Shown: positions 50,207 through 59,951 of the stretch, one piece after another | How the letters are laid out: each line of letters opens with the position of its first letter | How positions within the stretch are numbered: position 1 is the stretch's first letter | DNA from: Candidatus Omnitrophota bacterium | Lineage (GTDB): Bacteria; Omnitrophota; Gorgyraeia; Gygaellales; Profunditerraquicolaceae | Length of the DNA stretch: 64,000 bases | Assembly (NCBI GenBank): GCA_026387255.1 | Contig: JAPLMA010000060.1 | Span: forward strand, 465 to 64,464 | Direction: 5' to 3' | Notes under the pieces: generated by a model | Told to the model about the DNA's origin: nothing | The model's input: only the letters and a program-made list of their open reading frames with translations | Database searches by the model: none | Position numbers and translations under genes: made by a program

Positions 50207-53200
50207 ATTTGAGGAATATGTCAATCTTTTCAACTTGGCGCGATCTTACTTTTTCGGCTAGAAAAGGTGGAATAGTTGCAGAATTAATTTCTGTTGGGCA
50301 GTGATCTTCGAAAATTACAATTTTAGCTATTTTTACTGCGTTCCTGCCAAAAGTATTTTTTCTCTCAGGATTATAATATGTCACAAGAATACGGCTCAAG
50401 AAATTAAATGAATATTTACCATTTTTAGTAAACATCCATCCGGCTAAATTCGGTTTAAACTCTAAATTTAGCTTGCCATGATTATCTAAAACAAACGGAT
50501 TAATGCCAATATTCATGACTAACCAGATATGCAAGAATTCTGCGGTTGATCCAGAGAGCCGAGCGACAAAACCATTTCCATGTAGATTTTTGTCTATAAA
50601 AGCACTACTAACTAGGAATGAAGAGTTCTCCAGTATACTGCGGCCGTATCTTTGTGGGTTTTGAAAAGGGATAAGCACGTTTTTAAATTCTGCATAGAAC
50701 TCTTCGATTAAGCCGGTTTTTAATAACTCTAAAATATATTTATACTCCATATGCAGCCAGATAGATTCATTTTCTAACCATCCAGGGGTAAATACCCGGC
50801 ATCTGCCTATTTCTTCCGGCATACTGTTAAGTGAAGCAGTTACCTTATACATCTTTAGTTTTTTATCAAAAAGCTCACTTTTCTTGGTTGCCTGGTAAAG
50901 TTGAGCAGCTTGTTTTAATTCTTGTGATAACCTTAAGGCGTGCATCTGTCCCGCTAAGAATAGAGGAGCAGGCCTTTGAGTAAACTTCTTAGGCTTTATA
51001 TAATGATCTTTTACTAAATCATATTGGGTAACTTCATTAATAAAATATGAGTAGTATACGCCTTGGGCTTGATTAAAAGCCTTAGCTAAACCGGCTTCAA
51101 CCTTTTTTAAAGCTGCATCTAAAAAAGAAGTTAGATCAGTAATCGGAATATTTATTGAATTCCCAGAGAAGCCTAAGCGCGTATTATGCCGATATTCTTC
51201 TTTGGCGTTGTTACTTCTATCCCAATAACTAAAAGTTTCTTCCGCGAATAGATTAGCCAATTCTTTGATAAATTTAGCTACTTCTTCAGCAATCTCGATC
51301 TGATTAGCTTGAGAGTTCTCTAAAGCTCTTCTTATCATTTTTAACAAACGTTTTAATTCAAACGTTTCGCAACTTGATGAACCAAAAAGAGCAGGTAAAC
51401 CATTAAGCGAATCAAACCAGTTAGGTTTATTCGCCTCCATTTCAATACCCACGCCAAAAGGATCCAGTGAACCCAGTTTATTTGCTGCTAAACACAAAAG
51501 TTTAGCCATTAAAGTAGTATAATAAATTTCACCAGATCCATATAGTGTGCGTAGAAGGTGGGGATTATTTAAACGTTTAGCTAAGAGCTCCTTTTTTTCA
51601 GCATCCGCGATGAGAGAGTGTAACTGCCGAGGCTTGCCATTGTAAAGAAGGTATTTTTCACTACGCGGCCTGACTAATTCAATATTATCGTAAAAAGAGA
51701 AAACCTTTTTGTCAAAGAAAAGCTCGTGGAGTTTTTCTGGGTAAAGATCAAGATAACGCTCAATTAAATCTAAGTTATAAGTCCAGTGGTCCGTCCAAAA
51801 TCCTTCGGCATGTTCAGCTTCTTGAGATTTCGCCGAAGAGGTAAGGATAATATCCAGAAGCTCATCATAAGGGGCTTGGACTGTAATTTTATTTTCTTCA
51901 ATAAAAAAGATAAGCTCACCAGGGGTAAAAGGTTTTTTAAAAAAATGCCCAAGCTTCTCGATGGCTTCTTTTTTAAGCATCCCACCTAAGAGCTTAATTA
52001 AGTCAGCGTTATTATTTAAAAGAAAGTTTTCGCCTTTAATTACCAGTGGATTAAAACCATCGGACTGGATTAAGTTCATAAAGAAAACTATATTTTCATC
52101 TTTAATCTCCGGATTAAACCAAACATCATTACGTCGATTTTGGTTGGTATCCCTGTAGTTACCGTTACCTTGAGAGAAATACGTAGGAGCTAATACAAAT
52201 TTATTGTAATCTCTTTCCAAATCACCGTGTTTACGGGAATAGAGATAAAAAACAGTTTTAGCGGATTCATCTTTCCCCGCCTCTGGCGGGATCCCGCCAG
52301 AGGGTTTAAGAGATGGGCGGGAAAAAACTTCTGGATAGCCACCGCGCATAATGTTATCTAAATAAGTTTGGCTAGTATAACAGTCCAATGCTTTGGAACT
52401 GCTGGTAGTAGCGATATCATTTTTAAGTTTAGCGATAAGCTCATTGTTTTGGGCAAACTTTTTCTGGATATAACCGAATTTCGTAATCTTCTTGACCGAT
52501 TGATTTAAAGTCTTACTATCACGAGCTTGGCCGATTACCGAATAAAAAGTTTGTGCAGTTCGTGGGAGTAGTTTTAAATTTAATAGCAGTAATGCACTGG
52601 GAGTTTTGCTTCTGGTTATCTGTAAAGAAGGATAAGTAAAATTACTCTTTGCTAGGAATAAAGAGGGGTAAGAAAAATCAGTGACTGCGCCAAAAACAGT
52701 CTCTGGATCTACAATCGGCCGGATGAGTTTTGTGGTTGTGCCGTTAAAATTGAAACTTAGATAAAAATTGCCTCCATCAATATGCACAACTTCCGGCCGA
52801 TCAATTGGATCAACTTCCAATTTATAGAAGGGGATATCGTTATCTAGGTTATCAATACTCATCCAGGCCTCAATAGTGCGGCCAAGTTTTTTTAAGAAAA
52901 AATTATGGGTACCAAAAGGGACAATCTGAGGTAGGCCATCAATAAGCTGTATGTCTTTTAGCTTATTACCGGTATTCTCAATACTTACTGTGCGGCTCAA
53001 ACCAGCATAGGTATCATTAGGAATATTAAAATATTCAATCCTTATTTTTATCCCTAATGTAAAATTTTGTTCCTCTAGGATCAGCGCGCTTGAGCTCATG
53101 CGCATAGAATTAAGTGTATGGTATTTTAAGTTAGTGTAACCATTATGAAATGGCTCATAGTAGATGGAGGTATCTGGAGATTTTATTTTTATAAAAGTAC

Positions 53201-53462
53201 GAAAACCATGACTACCGACAAACTGCCAGGCTTTATTCGCGGGAAAAAATTCTAAAATAGCATGGTCTTTATCCTTGATACCAAAACTAGAAATACACTG
53301 GCCACGATTAACGTAGAAAACCCACATGGGAATCCCGTATTTACCAGCAATGCCGGGGAAAAAATTAGCAAAAGGCTTAGCGTAATTATAATTCTCAATT
53401 ACAAATTCACCTTGTTGATTTAAATAATATTTGGCTTTCAATTGATTAGTTTTTGTTTTCAT
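50205..53462 (-). CDS. Glycoside phosphorylase, probably GH161 beta-1,3-glucan phosphorylase-like
   Basis: PFANFFPGIAG.YGIPMWVFYVNRGQ, YSRKHGDLERDYN, SQGNGNYRD.NQNRR, GWLENESIWLHMEYKY, ARLSGSTAEF; family recalled from motifs. Confidence 0.65.
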   Translation of the reverse strand: MKTKTNQLKAKYYLNQQGEFVIENYNYAKPFANFFPGIAGKYGIPMWVFYVNRGQCISSFGIKDKDHAILEFFPANKAWQFVGSHGFRTFIKIKSPDTSIYYEPFHNGYTNLKYHTLNSMRMSSSALILEEQNFTLGIKIRIEYFNIPNDTYAGLSRTVSIENTGNKLKDIQLIDGLPQIVPFGTHNFFLKKLGRTIEAWMSIDNLDNDIPFYKLEVDPIDRPEVVHIDGGNFYLSFNFNGTTTKLIRPIVDPETVFGAVTDFSYPSLFLAKSNFTYPSLQITRSKTPSALLLLNLKLLPRTAQTFYSVIGQARDSKTLNQSVKKITKFGYIQKKFAQNNELIAKLKNDIATTSSSKALDCYTSQTYLDNIMRGGYPEVFSRPSLKPSGGIPPEAGKDESAKTVFYLYSRKHGDLERDYNKFVLAPTYFSQGNGNYRDTNQNRRNDVWFNPEIKDENIVFFMNLIQSDGFNPLVIKGENFLLNNNADLIKLLGGMLKKEAIEKLGHFFKKPFTPGELIFFIEENKITVQAPYDELLDIILTSSAKSQEAEHAEGFWTDHWTYNLDLIERYLDLYPEKLHELFFDKKVFSFYDNIELVRPRSEKYLLYNGKPRQLHSLIADAEKKELLAKRLNNPHLLRTLYGSGEIYYTTLMAKLLCLAANKLGSLDPFGVGIEMEANKPNWFDSLNGLPALFGSSSCETFELKRLLKMIRRALENSQANQIEIAEEVAKFIKELANLFAEETFSYWDRSNNAKEEYRHNTRLGFSGNSINIPITDLTSFLDAALKKVEAGLAKAFNQAQGVYYSYFINEVTQYDLVKDHYIKPKKFTQRPAPLFLAGQMHALRLSQELKQAAQLYQATKKSELFDKKLKMYKVTASLNSMPEEIGRCRVFTPGWLENESIWLHMEYKYILELLKTGLIEEFYAEFKNVLIPFQNPQRYGRSILENSSFLVSSAFIDKNLHGNGFVARLSGSTAEFLHIWLVMNIGINPFVLDNHGKLNLEFKPNLAGWMFTKNGKYSFNFLSRILVTYYNPERKNTFGRNAVKIAKIVIFEDHCPTEINSATIPPFLAEKVRSRQVEKIDIFLK
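52276..52303. repeat. Palindromic element in frame in the phosphorylase gene (PSGGIPPEAG)
   Basis: CCCG plus perfect 24-bp palindrome CCTCTGGCGGGATCCCGCCAGAGG (52280-52303). Confidence 0.8.
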
Positions 53463-53484
53463 TTAAATTAAGTTAATTATCAGT

Positions 53485-53512
53485 ATTTTACACATTTTCC
53501 TGGGCTTGTCAA
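53485..53512 (-). promoter_or_regulatory. sigma70-type promoter for the phosphorylase gene
   Basis: Minus strand TTGACA-16 bp-TAAAAT. Confidence 0.55.
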
Positions 53513-53572
53513 CTTAATATGTTACGGCTTAAATTACAGCTAAACACATCGCAAATAGCAGCTAAACACATC

Positions 53573-53600
53573 GTAGGGGTCAGGCATGCCTGACCCCTAC
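53573..53600. repeat. GTAG-type REP-like palindrome (intergenic)
   Basis: Perfect 28-bp GTAGGGGTCAGGCATGCCTGACCCCTAC, preceded by a 15-bp direct repeat CAGCTAAACACATCG (53537 and 53559). Confidence 0.85.
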
Positions 53601-53634
53601 AGGGATAATTCCATCCCCTTAGCCTAAGCGCTTA

Positions 53635-53663
53635 TTGACTTTTAAGAGAAAGTTTGTTAAAAT
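53635..53663 (+). promoter_or_regulatory. sigma70-type promoter of gatCAB
   Basis: TTGACT-17 bp-TAAAAT with TG extension; GGAGG RBS. Confidence 0.6.
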
Positions 53664-53684
53664 ATTTATTAATTTGGAGGAACA

Positions 53685-53972
53685 ATGTCAATCGATAAAG
53701 AAACAATCAGGCATGTTGCGCATTTAGCGCGTATCGAGTTGCAGCCTAATGAGTTAGAAAAATTGTTCGGAGAATTGCATGAGATATTAGGTTTTATTGA
53801 TAAACTTAGCATTTTAAATGTAGAACAGATTAAGCCTACCAGTCATATTTTACCCATCAGTAACGTGTTGCGGGAAGATGAGCTTCATGTTTCTTTGAAT
53901 TCGGATAAAGCTTTGGAAAATGCCCCGAGTAAAAAGGGAAACTTTTTCAGTGTCCCAAAAATAATAGAATAA
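53685..53972 (+). CDS. gatC: Asp/Glu-tRNA amidotransferase subunit C
   Basis: HVAHLARI, LRED, NAP...FF.VPKIIE. Confidence 0.93.
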   Translation: MSIDKETIRHVAHLARIELQPNELEKLFGELHEILGFIDKLSILNVEQIKPTSHILPISNVLREDELHVSLNSDKALENAPSKKGNFFSVPKIIE

Positions 53973-53974
53973 TT

Positions 53975-55432
53975 ATGGAATTAAATCAACTCACTGCTCA
54001 CGAACTATTGGAAAAACTTAAGGCCCAGCAGACGACTCCTGAGGCCATTCTGGACTCGCTTTATGCGCGTATACAGAAAATCGAACCTCAGGTTAAGGCG
54101 TATGTTAGAGGGCAGGCATGCCTGCCCTCTACATCATCACAGGCAGACCTGCCTTCTGTAGGGGACAGGCATGCCTGTCCCCTACGGGGGTTACCGATTA
54201 CGATCAAAGATAATATCTGTACTGAAGGATTACCTACTGAATGTTGTTCAAAAATCCTCCAGGGTTTTCGTCCACCGTATGATGCTACGGTAATTGATAA
54301 ATTAAAAAAAAGTGGTGCCGTAATTTTTCCCTTAAAAGCTAACATGGATGAATTTGCTTTTGGTTCATCTACAGAAAATTCCTATTTTGGGCCAACGCGT
54401 AATCCCTGGAATCTAGATTATGTTCCCGGGGGTTCTTCTGGAGGATCTGCTGCTGCCGTAGCTAGCGATGAAGCGATTTGGGCTTTAGGAAGCGATACCG
54501 GCGGTTCAATACGCCAGCCAGCATCTTTTTGCGGAGTGGTCGGATTAAAACCGACTTATGGACGTGTTTCGCGTTTTGGACTCATTGCTTTTGCTTCCAG
54601 CCTTGACCAGATTGGGCCGATCACTAAGGATGTCCAAGATGCGGCAATTTTAACTGGGCTGATCAGCGGATATGATCCTGGGGATTCAACTTCAGTAAAT
54701 CAGGATGTTCCAGATTACACTAAAAGCTTAACCGGCGATATCAAGAATTTAAAGATTGGGATACCTAAAGAGTACTTTATTGCGGGGATGGACGAGGAAG
54801 TTAAAACGATTATCCAAGAGGCGGTAAATAAACTTAAAGATTTAGGCGCACTTGCTAATTCGGTATCCTTGCCGCATACAGAATACGCTGTACCGGTTTA
54901 CTACATTATCGCTACGGCTGAAGCCAGCTCAAATTTAGCCCGGTTTGACGGAGTACAATATGGATATCGGGCGAGTTCGGATAATTTAATCCAAATGTAT
55001 AAATTAACTCGCGCGCAAGGTTTCGGCCAAGAAGCTAAACGTAGGATCATCTTAGGAACTTTTGTTCTATCGCATGGATATTATGACGCGTATTATTTAC
55101 GCGCTTTAAAGGTGCGCACACTGATTAAGCAGGATTTTGATAAAGTTTTTGGCGAATTTGATTGTATCGTTGCTCCAACCTCTCCCACCAGTGCCTTTAA
55201 AATTGGCGAAAGGGCCCAGGATCCGCTCTCGATGTATCTTTCTGATATCTATACGATATCCGCAAATTTGGCGGGGATACCGGCGATATCTATTCCTTGC
55301 GGTTTTACAAAAAAAGGTTTGCCCGTCGGTTTACAGATTATGGCTAAACCGTTTAATGAAGCGATGCTTTTTAGAGTAGCGCATACCTTTGAACAAAATA
55401 CAGATTGGCATAAATTTAAAACCAAACTATGA
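53975..55432 (+). CDS. gatA: Asp/Glu-tRNA amidotransferase subunit A
   Basis: IKDN, NMDEFAFGSS, PGGSSGGSA, GSDTGGSIRQPA, SSNLARFDG. Confidence 0.97.
   Translation: MELNQLTAHELLEKLKAQQTTPEAILDSLYARIQKIEPQVKAYVRGQACLPSTSSQADLPSVGDRHACPLRGLPITIKDNICTEGLPTECCSKILQGFRPPYDATVIDKLKKSGAVIFPLKANMDEFAFGSSTENSYFGPTRNPWNLDYVPGGSSGGSAAAVASDEAIWALGSDTGGSIRQPASFCGVVGLKPTYGRVSRFGLIAFASSLDQIGPITKDVQDAAILTGLISGYDPGDSTSVNQDVPDYTKSLTGDIKNLKIGIPKEYFIAGMDEEVKTIIQEAVNKLKDLGALANSVSLPHTEYAVPVYYIIATAEASSNLARFDGVQYGYRASSDNLIQMYKLTRAQGFGQEAKRRIILGTFVLSHGYYDAYYLRALKVRTLIKQDFDKVFGEFDCIVAPTSPTSAFKIGERAQDPLSMYLSDIYTISANLAGIPAISIPCGFTKKGLPVGLQIMAKPFNEAMLFRVAHTFEQNTDWHKFKTKL
54106..54185. repeat. Cluster of REP-like palindromes inside the gatA coding sequence
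   Basis: TAGAGGGCAGGCATGCCTGCCCTCTA (54106-54131), AGGCAGACCTGCCT (54141-54154), GTAGGGGACAGGCATGCCTGTCCCCTAC (54158-54185). Confidence 0.9.
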
Positions 55433-56856
55433 AATATCAAACCGTTATCGGCCTAGAAGTTCATCTGCAGCTCAATACTAAAACTAAAGCATTTTGTGGT
55501 TGCTCGACGGATTTCGGAAAAGCCCCTAATTCTAATGTTTGTCCGGTCTGCCTGGGGTTTCCCGGTTCACTGCCAGTTTATAATCGGCAGGCTCTAAATT
55601 CTGCGATTAAGTTAGCTTTGGCTTTTAACTGTCAAATTCAAGAACATACTAAATTTGATCGTAAAAATTATTTTTATCCGGATTTGCCAAAAAATTACCA
55701 GATTTCACAATTTGATTTACCATTATCGCGAAACGGATATCTGGATATTTATACTCAAAACTTACCTAAGCGTATCGGGATTACCCGGGTGCATTTAGAG
55801 GAAGATGCTGGTAAGCTCATTCACGAAACAGGGTGTAGCCTAGTAGATTTTAATCGTACCGGAATTCCCCTCCTGGAAATTGTCAGCGAGCCGGATTTAA
55901 ACAGCCCGAGCGAGGCCTTTGATTACCTAAATAGTTTAAAAAGTATTATTGAATATCTAGATGTATCAGATTGCGATATGGAGAAAGGTTCTTTGCGTTG
56001 TGATGCCAATATTTCTTTACGGCTTTTAGGGGCTAAAGAACTAGGCGTTAAAACCGAACTAAAAAATATGAATTCTTTTAAAGGGGTAAAAGATGCTTTA
56101 ACTTTTGAGGTAGAGCGCCAAACCCAACTCTTGGAAACAAACCAAGAGCTGGTTCAAGAGACCCGGCTTTGGGATGTAGAAAAGGCAGTGACGGTAGTAA
56201 TGCGCACCAAAGAAGGGGCAAAAGATTATCGATATTTTCCGGATCCGGATTTAACCGTTTTTATTATTGAGGAATCCATGATTGCTCAGATAAAAGCGCA
56301 GTTACCAGAGCTACCTCAGGAAAAAATGCGACGTTTCGTTAAAGAGTACGGATTAACGGAATATGATGCAAAGATTTTAGTGAGCTCTAAAAATGATGCG
56401 CAGTTTGCCGAAAATTGTATTCAGAATTACCCGGGTGAAGATAAGAAAGAAATAGTTAATTGGTTAATTGGCCCGTTATTATCCGAAGCTAATTTACGAA
56501 AAGTAAAATTACATGCGTTAAATCTTAATACAAATGAATTGATTAGCTTGATTGGTTTTGTGCAACGACAGGAAATTTCCTATCTTTGCGCTAAGAACGT
56601 ATTAAGCCAGTTGATTGATACTGGCAAAACTACGCAAGATTTAATTCAGGAAGGTAATTTGCAACAGATATCTAATGCTGATGCACTGTCTGAAGTAATT
56701 GAAACAGTTATCCATGAAAATGCAAAATCGGTGAGTGATTTTAAAGCGGGCAAGACTAACGCACTAATGTATCTGGTTGGACAGGTAATGAAGAAAAGTT
56801 CTGGCAAAGCTAATCCTAAAGTGGTCGGAGATTTAGTAAGGCGGAGGCTGAGTTAA
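55429..56856 (+). CDS. gatB: Asp/Glu-tRNA amidotransferase subunit B
   Basis: IGLEVH, RKNYFYPDLPKNYQISQ, HLEEDAGK, DYRYFPDPDL. Confidence 0.97.
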   Translation: MKYQTVIGLEVHLQLNTKTKAFCGCSTDFGKAPNSNVCPVCLGFPGSLPVYNRQALNSAIKLALAFNCQIQEHTKFDRKNYFYPDLPKNYQISQFDLPLSRNGYLDIYTQNLPKRIGITRVHLEEDAGKLIHETGCSLVDFNRTGIPLLEIVSEPDLNSPSEAFDYLNSLKSIIEYLDVSDCDMEKGSLRCDANISLRLLGAKELGVKTELKNMNSFKGVKDALTFEVERQTQLLETNQELVQETRLWDVEKAVTVVMRTKEGAKDYRYFPDPDLTVFIIEESMIAQIKAQLPELPQEKMRRFVKEYGLTEYDAKILVSSKNDAQFAENCIQNYPGEDKKEIVNWLIGPLLSEANLRKVKLHALNLNTNELISLIGFVQRQEISYLCAKNVLSQLIDTGKTTQDLIQEGNLQQISNADALSEVIETVIHENAKSVSDFKAGKTNALMYLVGQVMKKSSGKANPKVVGDLVRRRLS

Positions 56857-58130
56857 TGCGTAAAAAAATATTTTTTATTTCGTTATTCATTGTGTTTGCA
56901 TGTATCGGTGTCCGGTTGGGTTTTTCCGAAAATAAAAAGAAGACCAACGATGAATTGTATAAGCAGATTGAGATATTCTCCGCTACCCTGGCAATTATCC
57001 AAAAAGAATATGTGCTTGATACAAAAACTAAAGATTTAATCTATGGGGCATTAAAAGGCATGCTGGCTTCACTTGATGCGCATAGTCAGTTTATGGATCC
57101 GGAAACCTATGAGGAATTAAAAGTAAATACTCAGGGTAAGTTCGGCGGCCTGGGCATTGAAATTACGATTAAAGATGGTTTGTTAACCGTGATTACGCCA
57201 ATCCAAGATACACCGGCCTGGAAAGCAGGGATCAAAGCCAATGATCATATTGTGAAAATTAATGATTCGCTTACCCGCGAGATGCCTCTTACTGATGCGG
57301 TTAAAAAAATGCGGGGTAAGCCTGGTGAAGCCGTTAATCTTACCATCTTAAGGGATACGGAAAAAAAACTCTTAGATTTTAGAATCACTAGAGAGATGAT
57401 CAAGATTACCGATATAAAATATGTGCGTATTCTGGAAAATGGAATTGGCTATATTCGGTTAAGTGAATTTCGTGAAAATACCTTCCTGGAATTAAATAAC
57501 GCACTAGGTATTCTTTCTAAACAAGGAATGAAAGCATTGATTATCGATTTGCGTAATAATCCTGGCGGACTCCTGGATGTTGCGGTCAAGGTAACCGGAA
57601 AGTTCTTGGGGCCGAATAAACTGATTGCCTATACGGCGGGCAGGCACAAAGATCAAAATTTGAAATTTTTCTCCGAAGCTAAAAATACAAACTTAGAGTT
57701 GCCACTAGCGATTTTGATTAATGAAGGCTCGGCTTCCGGAAGCGAGATTGTTGCCGGAGCTTTGCAGGATTATAAACGTGCCATAATTATCGGGAAGAAG
57801 TCTTTTGGTAAAGGTTCTGTGCAAACAGTTATTCCCCTGGAGGATGGGGCAGCTTTGCGTTTAACAACCAGCCATTATTTTACTCCATCCGGTAAGATAA
57901 TCCAAGGTAACGGGGTTACTCCGGATATCCTAGTAGAAGAGAATAAACTCCCAAATATCCAGGCTGACCAAGTAACAAACAAAAAATCTGATGAGATATT
58001 TGACCAAATCCAGAATGATCAGCCAGTTAATAAATCAGCAAAAGATACCTTTGACTATAAAGCCGATACGCAACTTATGCGCGCCGTAGATTCTTTAATC
58101 GCAATTCAAATATATAAACAAGTCAAGTAA
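56856..58130 (+). CDS. C-terminal processing peptidase S41 (CtpA-like)
   Basis: GLGIEI PDZ, DLRNNPGGLL, SASGSEIVAGA, FGKGSVQ. Confidence 0.93.
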   Translation: MRKKIFFISLFIVFACIGVRLGFSENKKKTNDELYKQIEIFSATLAIIQKEYVLDTKTKDLIYGALKGMLASLDAHSQFMDPETYEELKVNTQGKFGGLGIEITIKDGLLTVITPIQDTPAWKAGIKANDHIVKINDSLTREMPLTDAVKKMRGKPGEAVNLTILRDTEKKLLDFRITREMIKITDIKYVRILENGIGYIRLSEFRENTFLELNNALGILSKQGMKALIIDLRNNPGGLLDVAVKVTGKFLGPNKLIAYTAGRHKDQNLKFFSEAKNTNLELPLAILINEGSASGSEIVAGALQDYKRAIIIGKKSFGKGSVQTVIPLEDGAALRLTTSHYFTPSGKIIQGNGVTPDILVEENKLPNIQADQVTNKKSDEIFDQIQNDQPVNKSAKDTFDYKADTQLMRAVDSLIAIQIYKQVK

Positions 58131-58170
58131 TTCAAATATTAATAAATATTCTTAAACTTTTAATAGATAA

Positions 58171-58941
58171 ATGAAAAACAAAACAAGTACGATCCTGATG
58201 ATTATTTTATTTTTGCTTGTATTTATTGCGCTCATTCTGATTCCGCTGCATAAAAAAGTACCCGTCAAAAAACCACCACTAGTGCGTGGACGAATTGCTA
58301 TTGTAATTGATGATTGGGGGTATAGCTTAAATAATCTTTTGATTATTGAGCAAATAAAACAACCCTTAACTTGCGCGATTTTACCCAACTTGAAAAACTC
58401 AAATCCGGTTATGCAAAAATTAAATAATTTAGGTTTTGAAATAATTTTACATTTACCGATGGAGCCAAAAGAAAAATATAATTTAGAGAACAATACGATT
58501 ACTTCCGGGATGGATGCTGAGGCAATCGATAAAATTTTTGCCAAAGACCTATTAAACATTACACTTGCTAAAGGCATATCAAATCATATGGGTTCGCGGA
58601 TTACTGAAAACATAAAATCCAGTACTCTGGTGATGATAGAAGCAAAAAAACGCAAACTATACTTTTTCGATAGTTTTGTAACTAAACAATCTGTCTGCCC
58701 TGCTTTAGCTAGTAAAATAAATATTAGATTTGCCAAAAGGGATGTGTTTTTGGATAATCAGAATGATTTTGAATACATAAAAAAACAACTGACAATATTA
58801 AAGAATTTGGCCAGAAAAAAAGGTACCGCCATCGGCATCGGACATGACCGTAAAAATACCTTACTTGTATTGAAGGAAATGCTCGGGCAGTTAGAGAAAG
58901 AGGGTTATAAATTTGTTTTTCTTTCACAGGTGGTACGATGA
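58171..58941 (+). CDS. Divergent polysaccharide deacetylase family protein
   Basis: IVIDDWG, LHLPMEP, NHMGS, RDVFLDN, IGIGH. Confidence 0.9.
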   Translation: MKNKTSTILMIILFLLVFIALILIPLHKKVPVKKPPLVRGRIAIVIDDWGYSLNNLLIIEQIKQPLTCAILPNLKNSNPVMQKLNNLGFEIILHLPMEPKEKYNLENNTITSGMDAEAIDKIFAKDLLNITLAKGISNHMGSRITENIKSSTLVMIEAKKRKLYFFDSFVTKQSVCPALASKINIRFAKRDVFLDNQNDFEYIKKQLTILKNLARKKGTAIGIGHDRKNTLLVLKEMLGQLEKEGYKFVFLSQVVR

Positions 58942-59912
58942 TTGTTTTAGGAATTGAGAGCTCTTGCGATGAAACCGGGGTGGCCATTGTTAAGGATGGA
59001 AAAAAGGTTTTAGCTAATCTTGTGGCTTCCAGCCTAAAACTGCATCGACGCCATGGCGGAGTGATTCCGGAGATTGCCTCGCGTATGCAATTGGAAAGTA
59101 TTGCTGGTATATTTACTAAGGCAATGCGCTGCGCTAAAATAAAACCTGAACAGATCGATTTGGTTGCGGTGACCACCCATCCCGGCTTGCCTGGGTCACT
59201 GATGGTAGGCATCGCTTTTGCCAAAGCACTGGCTTTAAGTTTAGGCAAGCCAATACTGGGAGTTAATCATATTTATAGCCATGTTTATGCCAATCTTCTT
59301 TGTCATGGTAAGATTAAGTTGCCAGTGATAGCCTTAGTTGTTTCCGGAGGACACACCTCTCTTTTGCATATAAAAGATTTTTCTAAAATTCAAATATTGG
59401 GGCAAACTCGAGATGACGCCTGCGGAGAGGCTTTTGATAAGGTGGCCAAGCTTATGGGCCTGGGTTATCCGGGAGGGCCTTTAATTGAAAAAATGGCTAA
59501 AGGAGGAAATAAGCATAAAATTAAATTTGCTTGTTGGGAAATGAATTCACAACTGGATTTTAGTTTTAGCGGTATAAAAACTGCGGTTTTATATTATTTA
59601 AAGGATAAAAAATCTGGCATTAAATTAAAAAAAGACCTGGCGGCTTCTTTTCAGGAAAGCGCCATAAATGTTTTAGTAAAAAAATCTTTACTCGCCTGTA
59701 AACGGAAAAACGTTAGGAATCTTTTAATCGGGGGAGGAGTAGCGGCTAACAGCTGTTTGCGTCAAAAATTCATGGCCAGCGCTAAAGCTGCAGGAATTAA
59801 CTGTTTTTTCCCGAATATCGATCTCTGTATGGATAATGCTGCGATGATTGCTGGTTTTGGAGGCTGTCTTTATAAGCGCGGAGCAAGAAGTGACCTTTAT
59901 TTAAATATGTAA
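58938..59912 (+). CDS. tsaD: tRNA threonylcarbamoyltransferase TsaD
   Basis: GIESSCDET, VSGGHT, DDACGEAFDK, FSFSGIKT, DNAAMI. Confidence 0.95.
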   Translation: MIVLGIESSCDETGVAIVKDGKKVLANLVASSLKLHRRHGGVIPEIASRMQLESIAGIFTKAMRCAKIKPEQIDLVAVTTHPGLPGSLMVGIAFAKALALSLGKPILGVNHIYSHVYANLLCHGKIKLPVIALVVSGGHTSLLHIKDFSKIQILGQTRDDACGEAFDKVAKLMGLGYPGGPLIEKMAKGGNKHKIKFACWEMNSQLDFSFSGIKTAVLYYLKDKKSGIKLKKDLAASFQESAINVLVKKSLLACKRKNVRNLLIGGGVAANSCLRQKFMASAKAAGINCFFPNIDLCMDNAAMIAGFGGCLYKRGARSDLYLNM

Positions 59913-59951
59913 TTAGTTAATGCTGATAAACCCTTTTAAAAAGGAGGACTT

